Shown: in pieces, positions 11,863 to 23,748 of the stretch
Numbering within the stretch: the stretch's first letter is position 1
Layout: each line of letters begins with the position of its first letter
NCBI GenBank assembly: GCA_900088475.1
Contig: FLMG01000683.1
Coordinates: forward strand, 1 to 64,000
DNA from: Hyphochytrium catenoides
Taxonomy: Eukaryota; Protista; Hyphochytriomycota
Length of the DNA: 64,000 nucleotides
Direction of reading: 5' to 3'
Translations under genes and position numbers: made by a program
The notes under the pieces: model-generated
The model's database searches: none
What the model saw: only the letters and a program-made list of their open reading frames with translations
Told to the model about the DNA's origin: nothing

Positions 11863-14800
11863 TTATGGGCTCTCCTTCTCTGAGCTGGGAGCCTGCTTCT
11901 TCTCTTGCACTGCCGCCTGCTGCATTCTCCACATGTTCGCGTAGAGTCCATCGGGTAGAGAGAGGAGCTCCGAATGAGTTCCCTTTTCCCTCACCCTACC
12001 ATGATCTAACACATAAATGATATCGGCGTCTTGAACGGTGGATAGTCTATGTGCGATGAGAAGGGTGGTCCGACTTTTGACCAAGCTTCGAAGTTCATTC
12101 ATGATTCCAATCTCCGTATGAGTGTCAAGCGAACTGGTGGGCTGTTTCGAAGTAGCAGAGTATGAAGCCGACATTAAGTGAGAGACAACCACTATAGAGA
12201 AACGGTCTATGTAGAGCGTGGAAGCACAGGAGGTAAAAGAATAGGCAAGTTGAGACAAAAGGCCTTGCAGGCATGTCAAAGCCTGGTAAGACCTTCATTC
12301 GATGATTGAGAAGACAACTGCAAGCAGGGTAAGCTAGAGACTTAGGTTAGGAAAAATGGACTAAATAGTAGGTGAGGGGGGAAAAGAGTTACAACCCGAC
12401 AAGTAAAGGAGTCAATGAAGCAGGAGTTGTTGGATTCGCCTCAACGAACGCAGCCAGGTGAAGAACGTACCTCATCACACAGCAGGATCGGTGCATCTTT
12501 GAGCATAGCTGTAGAGATGGGTCAAAAGGTCAACCACATCCATATGGGAGTAGGAGAAAAGACGGGAAGAAAAGGATATCCAGAATGAACAGGCAGGTGG
12601 TTAGAACGTAAACGCTGTGTAGAGGAGGGGAGGACGAGAGAAGCTAGGAACATAGAAAGAGCAAGGTAGCAGAGCGGATGAAAAACAGACAAATCGAGGG
12701 AATGGAAAGAGAAAAGAGAGAGAGAAAGTGAAAAGGCGTTCAAAGTTAGGAATATGTAAGAAACAGAGCAAGCGGCCACGGGGGTCAGGTAGAGGAAGGA
12801 GATACAGGAGCTGGGCAAAAGAAATGGGGACGGATGTGTCCTTAAGCATGTCTAGCGGTGGAGGATAGAGCACCACGATGCACAGAACGAGAAGATGACG
12901 ACAGTTTTGAACCGTCTTACCTCGTGCTATGGCGACTCTCTGCTTCTCTCCTCCAGACAGCTTCAGTCCTCGCTCCCCGACCATGGTATCATACCTAACA
13001 TAAATAGTTACTTGGTCCTCAGCAAGCAGCAGTCCTCCATAGCGCCTCTCAGTCAACTCTACCTTTTCGGCATGCGAAGGATGCTTCCATGGATGTGCGC
13101 CGCCTTCGAGGCTTCGATGACCTAAGTTTAATGTAATGATACAGAGTCAGAGGGCCGTTCAGAGGGCCGGCCAACGACGACTGATAACAGCATATAAGGT
13201 ATGGACAGGTAGCAGGTATCAAAAACGCAGAGGGAGCGGTCGATAAATAGTGGATCGACTATCAAGCCAGTGTGATCCACGTGACGCCATTAGGGATTAA
13301 ACGATATTGACAGCCGAACGGCTACAGCTCCCAACACATAGGGAAAAAACATGCTACGATGGATAGAAAGCTAAAACGACGCAACAGCAGCACGGACCTC
13401 TTGTTCAGAGGCGGTAAGCTTCCCATAGTTGATGTTGTACTTGATACTGTCGTTGAAGAGCACAGTGTCCTAAGGCAAGCAGGAGGAATGATCAGCTGCA
13501 TGGGACACGCTGGCTGAAGTAGGAAGATGAGGAGGGTGAAGGATGGACAATAGCATTTGTTTTTGACTTCGCTCCTGTAGAAGCAAAAGTCCGTAAAACT
13601 TGTTTGTCCTGAGAGAACCGAGGGAGGCACCATCGAAGAGGAGACGGTAAGGAGGAGGCTAGCTACTTTGAGCTAGCTGTGTGCACCTGAGGAACGACTC
13701 CAATAACTTCCCGAAGGCTTGAAGGAGTGATATCCCGGAGATTTCGCTGAGAGAGTGGATCATCAGGATGAAGATTTCTCTAAACGATATCCGTCTACTT
13801 TTCTTTTTCTACTACTTGTGAGACTGTCCTCCCAGTTGCCTTCGTTCTCTTCGTCCATACGGCACGCACTATCTGAATATATCCGTATCTTAACCTTGCG
13901 CTTACCCCTCCAATGGTAACTTCTCCCTCATTCGCGTCGTAGAAGCGATAGAGTAGACGAAGAATAGTCGACTTGCCACATCCGCTTGGACCGACTACGG
14001 CCACTGTCTTCCCATGGGGGATCTAGTGAGGGAAGGGAGATGTATATGATGACCGGCAGGCAGGGGGGGCTTGCGAGAGAAGCAACTGTATGTAGAGCTA
14101 AGCTATTCGCCACAGAACTAGAAGCAAAAGCCGTTGAGTGAAAGTAGAGAGTATATTACCGTGATGTCAACGCCATTCAGGATGCTACGCTCTGGTGTAT
14201 AGCCAAACTTTACGTCCTTAAACTCTATATCAAAGCCTCGCGACGTATCGATGGCAGCGGCATTAGCAGACGGCACAACCTGTTGCAAAGAAGAACGGGA
14301 AGGTGAGAAATGAAACGTGGAGGTTTAAAAGAGTGAACTTGCAACCGTTCGATGTACGTAGATCTAAGGAAAGGCGGTATTCGGAAGGGCTGCACCTTAG
14401 GCTGTATATCTTGCAGAGAGAACATGGCGTTCATATCAATCAGGGACTGGCGGACTTCACGGTAGACGCTGTAGAGCTGTTGTCAGGTGTGTCCCTTTAT
14501 GAAGACTTTTGCGGAGACCGCTGACATCATACGAGGAGGGGGCGGAAGGATGTCGTACGGAAACAGACGCAGGACTATAGCAAACGGTAGATGATGATGA
14601 TCAAGACAAGGGAAATCAGAGGGAGCGCGTCTGCGTGTAGAAAACGCCCAAAGATTATGATCGCAAAGTCCGCTTACCTTCCGATAAAGTTTAGAGGTAT
14701 GGAGAGCTGAAAAAGTAGTCCATTAACAAGGACAAGATCTCCCACCGTCATCGTGCCTGAAGATTTGCCGCCCATACAATTAGACAGAAGTCAAAGGAAA

Positions 14801-17784
14801 GTGAAAACAAACAATGGAACGCGCTGCTCAAAAACATACTCCAGCCATCATGTGAGGGAGTTTAAGACGACCATCATCATAAAGGATAAGTAAGAAACGT
14901 CTTGCAGGAGGAGTTAGAAGAACAAAGAACAAAACCCTCCATGCACGAAGCCATCACGAAGCCATGCTAGAGAAAATGGACGGAAAGTTCTAGCTAGTCC
15001 ATCGAAAGGCTGGGGGTTGGGATTGGGTTGAAGGGAACAGCGCTGCTACGCAAGCGACATAGAAAGTAGAAACGATCCTGGAAGCGTACCCTGAGAGATA
15101 GCATTGGCCGCCATCAGCATGACTCCAGTCAGCCCAACGCTGAAGATGAAGTTCTGTCCCGCATTTAGGAAGGCCAGAGACGTCCAGGTACGAATGGCAG
15201 CTGCTTGATAGCCCTGATAGTTTGATCATTTAAGGAATGAGGAAAAGAGAAAATGAGCTATACACAAAAAGCGAATAACTCTTCTTGCAAGCAGTCAGAC
15301 CTTCAACGCTTCATCATATCGAGCGGACTCGTGCTTTTCGTTGTTAAAGTACTGCAGAGAGCGTGCATTAGGGCATTATAGAGACAAGGATAGCAAAATA
15401 AGAGGGAGACAGACAGAACAACGAGGCGATTAGGCAATGGAAGAGAGGGACAAGCCAGGTGACGGATGGCATTTGAGTCTTCGTCTTCTGTACCTTGACC
15501 GTCTCGTAGTTGATCAAAGAGTCAACTGCCTTTCCACTAGCTTCGTTCTCCATCCGGTTCATAGTTCGCCGAATCTCTGAGCGTTTCTATGTTTATATCA
15601 AGAGTTAAACGCCGCATTTCCCGTTGTCCCCAACACCTTGCCCATTTGCCCATGTAATAGGAATCCAGTCGTGCTATAAGTGTCTCACGCTTTCTGTACT
15701 TTTCCTGCGGTTTAATACTACTATATCATCCTCGTCTATCGCTTAATCTGTGCGTCGTCTCTTCACACTCTCTTATCTCTCACCTGTGTGACGTTTACCG
15801 TGAACCATACGTAGGCGCCTAGAGTGGTTATGGTGACGGCTGTATACTCCACACCACACTGATAGGCCATGATAGCGCACACGAGGGAAATCTCAAGAGC
15901 CGTTGGAAAGACATTGAACACCTAGGGACGGAGAGAAGAAATAACATGGAGAGCCATTCAGTAGACGGAGCATGCAGAGCGATTAGTAGGAGGATGGAAG
16001 CAAATGTTGAGAAGACAGCACGGAAGAAGGAGCAAATGGACTCCAAGATTTGTCGATTCAGAGAAACCGACAGCAAAAGGACCACGCGGAAATGAGAGAG
16101 AGCACGGGAAGAGAGGGCATTGCTCACCATAGAGCGCAATACGAAGTCAATGGACCGTCCTCCTCTGTCGAGGGTCCTAGCAAGCGCTCCGGTCTGTCTT
16201 TCTAGATGGAAAGAGAGGTCTAGTGCATGAAGATGCTCGAATATCTCCCGCGCCACTTTTCTAATGGTGGACTGTGCAACTGTGGAGAACACGGCACTCC
16301 GCAACTCCTGCGCAATTAGCCAGAAGGGCAAGAAAGATAGTCAGGAGGGGCAAGCAGCGGGATGCAGAGAGCATCTGAAGTGAGATAGAAGAAGATTGAG
16401 AAAGAGAGGGCAAAGCATTTCTACACTATATTTGCACTCCTTTGCAAAAAGCGCACTTTGTTGAGGCCTTACCTGGAAGGCGTTGGCGCCTATTCTAGCC
16501 AACCCATAGCCTAGCACCAGCGAAGTAGGGGCGACCACCATCATACTGGCCGCATCAGCACTGGAGCTCAACTGGTCCACAATGTCCTTGAAGATGAAGG
16601 GCACCTGGACAGAAAGTCCACAAAAGGAAGGAGACGTGCCCGGGGCCGAGACAAAGACAGTATGAGGGGATGTCACAAAGACGACGAAGAGAGAGAGAGA
16701 GAGAGAGACAGATACGTGGAGCACCGACAAAAACAAAATGAGAGAAAGAGGGACAGAGACAGAGAGACAGAGAGAGAGAGTGGGAAATAGAGCGTCGAAT
16801 TGAGGCCAGAGCGACAGAGAAAGGGATCCAAAACCTCTGGAACCGATGACAATTCAGCGCAGCATTAAGTGAAAACAGAGCCACGAAAAAGAGAGAAATT
16901 GCCATCAAACAACAGTCAAGCAACACAGTGGCTGGCCGGAAAGCATAGCAGTAAATAAGATTGGGAGGAGTCCACTTGAACAGACGACTGCACACTTTGG
17001 AGGGTAAGTGCTAAGTGAGTGGTCGGAATCAAAGAGGCAGCAGGTAATTGCAGCAAAGAGGAGGCGGCCACCGGCAGCTTGCATACCTGGATGTTGATGA
17101 GCTTTCCACCCACTAACAGACCTAGGGACAGAAGAACTTTGGTCTTGACTTTGTTGGCGTCTTCGCTCGACTTAGAAGAGGGCCAAACGTGCTCAAAGAG
17201 CATTCGGACTATCTTCCTATCTCTTTGTCGCTCCTCTAACGCTGGTGAACAGAGAGAAGGCCCACGGTAGGGGTGACGACATGAGGGATGAGGGCTAACA
17301 TAGACGTTGCGAGACAGACACAAGGAAAGCAGAAGGAGAGAGATCGAGAAGGTCAGCACAAATGAAGGTCGACATATAACACGCGATGATGTTTGTTTTG
17401 GTAAGAAAGAATGAGCAACAGGAGGCTTGTGCCTTTACCTCTTTGCTTTTCATCGTCCTCTGAGGATCCGCGCAGGGGCCCCGCCTGCGCTGTCTTCACT
17501 ACTTTCTGACTAAACCATCGGCGCTGCCGGGCGCGGCATAAAGAGAGAGAGTTAACTGGCTGCCCCTGTGACCATGTGTGAGCCCCTGGGCGAAGACGAC
17601 CAAGTATTCCCTTGCGTAACTCCTGGTGGTCTAGGCTCCATCTGTAAAGTGATGTGTTAGGGCGAGAGCAGCCTTCGGCGTCAATAGTCATGAATGGGGA
17701 AGCGGCAAACCTGGTGGTTGAGAACGCTGCACCCGCTGCACCCGCTCGTGCTGTCCTCACTGCGCCATAGAAAGTACCCAGCAT
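11863..17784 (-). CDS. ATM1: Mitochondrial ABC half-transporter ATM1/ABCB7 (Fe-S precursor export); multi-exon
   Basis: Arg/Ala-rich presequence; [10 protein letters not shown]; [15 protein letters not shown]; [10 protein letters not shown]; Walker [10 protein letters not shown]; signature [13 protein letters not shown]; CDE|PTSSLD; [12 protein letters not shown]. Confidence 0.95.
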
Positions 17785-17918
17785 GCTTTCCCTGTTCCAG
17801 GCCGCATAAGCAGCGCCTCATAAAACTCCGCTTGAGCACAAGAAACCACGTAGAGGAATTGAGAGGATGTGTCCAGCCAACAACAGGCAGAGGAGGATAA
17901 GCAGCCTTTCTTAGGAGT

Positions 17919-17951
<33 letters not shown>

Positions 17952-18832
17952 CGCGACAGGCAAGAGAGAGGAAGTGGATCTCCATCAGGAGGAGGAGGAA
18001 GGGGCTTGACCAGAACGCGGCGATCGAAGGCCGAGGATTCGCAAGTTCTTGTCCCCTCTCCTCCCGCACTATAACGTCAGGCCCCTTCCTCATCTTTATT
18101 CAGCATAAGAAGTATTCCTACTCTTTGATACTAGAATAGTACTGGTATTATTCGTAACGTAATTTGGGCTTCAGAACGCCTCCAGTAGCGCGTGTCCCAA
18201 GATTTTTGGTTAGAGTCATAGATATTCCGCCCAATGCAAATCCACATTCTACTGCATCTAATAATAAGCCGCCCTTTATTGCGAAATATATTACTTTTCC
18301 TCTCCTGAACCTTGATAATCCGCCGCCAAGTTGGTAAGAACGGGCCTCACCCATTAATTCTGGAGTTAGAGCCGTGCTCCTGATAATATTCTCCCCTTGT
18401 CTTCATCCACACTCTCTCCCTCACACAAGCGCGGCAACTTGTCTATCCAGCGCCATCAGGAGCTCGACGAGCCCTCGAGGAAGCTGCAGGCTCATGATCC
18501 TGGGCGAGTGCGTAAGCTCAGTCAGCGCTGAGCAGATTCTCAACAGGCTCTCCTTAGACGCCAAGATTAAAGAACGAAGCAGGAGATCAGCCATTGCGAG
18601 AGTAGAAGGGACGAGGATAGAACAGAATCAGGAAAGATAAGCGAGAGAAGAAGGCAACGCTTTTGGCAATAGGAAGAGGACGTTCAAGAGAGACTGCGGG
18701 CTCAGACGAGGCAAAGAGCGGGTGGAGAAGTACGAAGTAGGGAGCCACCAGGGACCATTAAAAGGTTGCTAGGGAGCTTACTTTTGGAAGTAGAAAGAGG
18801 CTGGGCGGCTCCGTTTCCCTCTCTACGCCATC

Positions 18833-21304
18833 ATGTCCACAAAGAGGAAGGTCCCTACAGGGGCTGAGGAGGACGGAGATGCAGATGGTGCTCCTCCTGG
18901 CGACGTGATGACTATCATGCCCCTGGGAGCGGGAAATGAAGTTGGTAGATCCTGCATCATTCTCAAGTTCAAAGGCAAAACAATAATGCTGGACTGTGGC
19001 ATTCACCCCGGCTACTCGGGCATTGCTGCTTTGCCCTTCTTTGACGAAATAGATGCAGAGGAGATAGACCTTCTCCTTGTGACGCACTTCCACCTGGACC
19101 ATGTGGCGTCTCTGCCTTACTTCACAGAGAAGACAAAGTTTAGAGGGAAGATCTTTATGACTCACCCTACCAAGGCGGTGATGCAGATGATGCTTAGGGA
19201 CTACGTGCGGATCAGCAACATTGCGGCTGAGGACCAACTTTACACAGAGAAGGAGCTAAACAACTGCATAGAGAAGATAGAGACAATCGACTTCCATCAA
19301 GAGAAAGAGGTCAATGGAATCAAGTTCTGGCCTTATAACGCTGGGCATGTGCTGGGAGCGGCTATGTTCATGATAGAGTTTGGCGGTGTGCGAGTGCTGT
19401 ACACAGGAGACTACTCCCTGGTGGACGACCGACATCTGATGGCTGCTGAGCTCCCTTCCGTCCCACCCGACGTGCTTATCGTAGAGTCTACTTACGGCGT
19501 GCAGGTCAGATAAGGAGCCCTGCAGACTGTTTCAGCTGTCAAGCGCTCTTGCTTTGCTGCTCCACTATTTTGGCCACGCCAAATGCTTTTCTTCCCCCTG
19601 TTCTGCTTTTTCTCCAATGTGCCTCTCTTTTCTGTTCTAGGACTGGTATCCTGCTATCTTTTCTTACACCATGGTACCTGCTAGAACTATAGGACATACG
19701 CTCCGTGCATTGTGGTTACGCTGCTCTTCACTGTCCAGCACGTTGCTCATTCTGCAGCTCCTAACACGTCACATCTGCAGGTCCATGAGTCTATCAATGA
19801 GAGGGAGGCCCGGTTTACGGGTCTAGTAGAGTCCATCGTCCGCCGAGGTGGCCGCTGTCTCATCCCATCGTTCGCCCTGGGACGATCTCAGGAGCTTCTA
19901 CTCATCCTTGACGAACATTGGAGAGCCAACCCAGACCTGCATGACATCCCCATATATTTTGCCTCTAAGATTGCCGCAAAAGCTCTTAGAGTGTACCAGA
20001 CCTACGTTAACATGATGAACGAGAGAATGAGAAAGCAGATCGCCGTGAGCAACCCCTTCCGCTTCCAGTTCATCCAAAACCTGAAGTCGCTGGAAGACTT
20101 TGATGACTCTGGGCCTTGCGTAGTCATGGCGAGTCCTGCGATGTTAGACAGCGGCGTCTCGCGGGAGCTGTTTGAGCGGTGGTGCACTGACAGAAAAAAC
20201 GGCTGCATTATTCCTGGATATGTGGTGGAAGGAACGTTGGCGAAGAGAATCCTTTCGGAGCCACCAGACATCACAGCGCTAGACGGTCGGATCCTGCCTT
20301 TGAACTGCAAAGTGGCATATATCTCCTTCTCAGCTCACGCGGACTTCGTACAGACCAAAGGGTTCATTGACAATCTCAAGGTGCCGCCAAATATTATCTT
20401 AGTTCACGGGGAGCATAACGAGATGTCAAGGTTGAAGTCAGAACTCACGAAGAAGTATAAGAACAAGCAGAATCCACCTAACATCCTCACTCCAGCCAAC
20501 TGCGTGGAGGTGAAGATTGTCTTCAGAGGTGAGAAGACAGTCAAGGCGATCGGCAGGCTAGCGAACAACAAGCTTGTAGAAGGGCAAAAATTCCAAGGTT
20601 TGGTGGTGCAACACGACTTCAGCAGCCACATGCTCGCCCCCGAAGATTTGCCCACCTACACCCAGCTAACCATGAGCAAGGTCACTCAGAAGCAGCACAT
20701 TGCCTTCTATCAGAGCTTCGATGTGCTTAGGGCTTTTATTGAGCAGATGTATGAGGAGGTTGTGGAGGACTCTGTCAAATCCGAGTCTACGGGCAGCCCG
20801 GCAGAAAGAAAGCTCTGGGTCTGCTCCCACGTAGCTGTCATCTTTACACCTGGCAAGGTCGTTTTGGAATGGCCTGCCTCTCCTGTCAACGATATGGTGG
20901 CAGACTCACTGATTGGCGTTATCATGCAAGCTCAGGCTAGTCCGTCCTCGTTTAAGCTCTCCAAGCCCCCGAAGTGCGATCACTCAGGATGTAGAGCCGT
21001 CAATGCGGATGCAGGTCCAGCCGTGAAGAAAGAGGTGGAAGCAACGGTGGAGTTGTATACAGAAGAAGAAGAAGAAAAGATCAATCTGCTGGTGGTCTAC
21101 CGCCTGCTGCAGCATCACTTTGGGCATGGATGTAAGCTGAATGAGAAGACTGACATTATTACTATCGAGATGCCAGAGGGACAAACAGCCTCTATTGATC
21201 TGGCCAACAAGGGAATAGATTGCGAGGATGAAAGCCTACGGGAACGCATCAAGGAGCTGCTCAGACGGCTGGAGACTGCCCTGTATCCTATCCCAGACGA
21301 GTAG
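18833..21304 (+). CDS. CPSF3: Cleavage and polyadenylation specificity factor 73 kDa endonuclease (CPSF3/YSH1); two exons, intron about 19505-19780
   Basis: [19 protein letters not shown] metallo-beta-lactamase motif, [42 protein letters not shown] and a C-terminal W...NDMVADS domain. Confidence 0.97.
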
Positions 21305-22410
21305 ATGTTCGGTTTAAGAAGAAGCGTCTAATAATGTGACAGTTAATCATAGCTCACGTCATCCTTCTAGAGAGGTGAAGGCCGTCAACTGTTGTTCTGC
21401 CTGTCCTCGAGATTGAACTCTCTTTCTTATTATTTGCCACCTGTCATCAGCGACACTTTATGACTTAGCGCCCCGAGCCTCTAAATTCCTCTATCTGTAG
21501 TAGGCAAGTGAATCCGCTTCACTCTTCGGTCGCACATCCTTTCGGCTAGCCACCTTGAGGGGATGATGCCTACTAATAATGCTCATAAACATAAACTCTT
21601 CAGGATGTGTTTGCTCAACAGCAGAAAGACATGCATGCATGCTGTGCGCTTGCAGGGGGCAGCCCAGGTAGCTACCGACGGAGCTGCATTCTTCAAGAAA
21701 TATAATTAGTTGACAAGGGCCAGACTGCTTCAAGGGCCTCTAGAGGATCTTCTTCTTGCAGCCTCGGAATCGCTAATGAGGTGCCGCCAGAGCTTCCAGC
21801 TCATCATTATCCACCCGTCCTCCTCATAGTCTGGGCTTTCCCATCGATCTGGCTGTCAAACGCGGAGCTCGCTGCCACCACCGCCCATCGCCGATCGCCC
21901 ATCACCCAGACTGCATCTGATCAGTTGAGCGTGTTGACGGGCTGAGCCGCTGTGAGGCATAGAAGGATGAGACCTACATCGCTGCTGCATACACCTACAC
22001 AATAATTCACGTATATGGCCCCATATTGACATAACTCGGGAAACTATCGATTATTCACAAAGTCTTGATTACACAATAATAAATGACGCGATGACCTTCC
22101 CTTTATTTTGTAAACATCTGCTTTATTGACAATTTGGTTTGCTTGATTATTCTTGACAAGTGGCGCTTCCCCTACCAAACAGTACAAGTAAAGCGGCGGG
22201 AGGAGGAGGGAGGTCAGCCGATGCCATCGAGCTCGTTGACGCGATGAGGAGGAGGAGCTTGCCAATGCGTTAAGAGCGGAGGTCCAGGCAGTTATGGGAC
22301 TGGATGGGCTAGTGCAGAGGGTATTCAGCATCTGAAAGGGCTAGCAGAAAAGGACGGGGCTCGTACAAGTGCTGGAGAGGGAAGGGGAGCTGCTTCCCTA
22401 GTAGGAAGGG

Positions 22411-23466
22411 ATGTTCGAGGAGGTTCTGGCGGACGAAGAAGAGGACCGTCATGAACAAGTGCCTGTGGTCGTCGCTGAGGTACAACCGAAGCAGTGTGGT
22501 GCCCTTCTCAATGAGCTCCAGGAGCTGCTGCCATTGAAGGAGGTGGCGCTTGGCCATCTTCGCAGGGTGAAGAAGGTCCAGGATGCCGATGCCAATGGTG
22601 CTCCAAAGCTGCTCGTGCTCTTAACATCAGAAAAGGCGTGGGCGTCCCTACCGGCGGATACAAAGCTTCACATAACGTCATCATACTCGACGGTTGTCTC
22701 ACATGGCTTTGAGGTGCCTCGGTACCCGTCCAGCACCAGGGCGGAGTACGAGATCGCAAGCAGAATTTGGCCGATGTCCTTCCACCCTTCCACTACCATA
22801 GAACGGGAGAACGTTTCAGCGGAGGAGCTCTCATCAATGCTGAACTATCTCTCTCAAGCTTTGGAAGATGCACAAGGAACTTCCTTTCTTCTTCACGACA
22901 ACTCTGGCTGTTCATTCTCCGGAGGGGTGATTGTAGACCCAGCATTGAACTCTGTCATTGCGGCTGCAGGGACCATTGAGATGCTCGCGGGCTTCCCTTT
23001 TCAACATACAGCTATGCGTTGCATTGAGGGAGTGGCGCTTCGGGATAGGAAAAAGCGCCTTCAGCTCTCTTCGGGCCATAGAACGACGGGAGAGCCAACA
23101 AAGCCGCCGCCAAAGAGAGCTCTGAATTCAGCGCCATCTTCCACCATAAGCAATGGTGGGACTACTGCCGACAACTCGTATCTGTGCACTGGTTATGACA
23201 TCTATCTCTTGCGAGAGCCTTGTATAATGTGTGCTATGGCGCTACTGCACAGCAGAATCCGCAGAGTTGCTTATGCTCTCAGCAACCCGGAGACTGGAGC
23301 ACTGGGTTCACAGTTCAAACTCCATTCCAACCGTGCACTCAACCATCACTTCAGGGTTTTCCAGTGCACAGACTCAAAGCTACTTCGTGACGTTACTGCG
23401 CTAATGTCAGCCAAAGATCAGTTGATAGGCAACAACGCGCCACAAAGCAGAGAGACAGAAGAGTAG
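22411..23466 (+). CDS. TAD3: tRNA-specific adenosine deaminase, non-catalytic subunit TAD3/ADAT3; intronless
   Basis: HLRRVKK, WPMSFHP, QHTAMRCI (catalytic Glu of HxE absent), YLCTGYDIYL, EPCIMCAMALLHSRIRRV and LNHHFRVF. Confidence 0.93.
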   Translation: MFEEVLADEEEDRHEQVPVVVAEVQPKQCGALLNELQELLPLKEVALGHLRRVKKVQDADANGAPKLLVLLTSEKAWASLPADTKLHITSSYSTVVSHGFEVPRYPSSTRAEYEIASRIWPMSFHPSTTIERENVSAEELSSMLNYLSQALEDAQGTSFLLHDNSGCSFSGGVIVDPALNSVIAAAGTIEMLAGFPFQHTAMRCIEGVALRDRKKRLQLSSGHRTTGEPTKPPPKRALNSAPSSTISNGGTTADNSYLCTGYDIYLLREPCIMCAMALLHSRIRRVAYALSNPETGALGSQFKLHSNRALNHHFRVFQCTDSKLLRDVTALMSAKDQLIGNNAPQSRETEE

Positions 23467-23748
23467 GATCCGCAGTTGCGAACAAGCACTAAAATGTGCA
23501 GTAGCTCAGATGCTACCCAGACATAGGCAAGAAACTCCTTGAGGAGTAGACACAAGTTTAGAGCGCATGCCTTGACATGCCGTTATTTTGAAAGCCGGCC
23601 GCATTGCTATAGTCTGGGAAGCTCTTGCATCTCCTACAAGTATGGAGGTCCCTTCAGGAAGTAGAGAGACATTGCAGAGAAGCAAAGGAGTCGCTCTGCA
23701 AAGCCTTAGCAAGGTCGTCAGAGTAAAATGTAAATCAAATATTTATTC

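Noticed and set aside
18150-18360. Sm-site-like ATTTTTGG and octamer ATGCAAAT between the divergent ATM1 and CPSF3 genes
   Set aside because: No U1/U2/U4/U5 hallmark sequences; more likely ordinary AT-rich promoter DNA.
11863-23466. ATM1-CPSF3-TAD3 as an RNA-processing gene cluster
   Set aside because: The functional link is loose, and adjacency of housekeeping genes in a compact genome is expected by chance.
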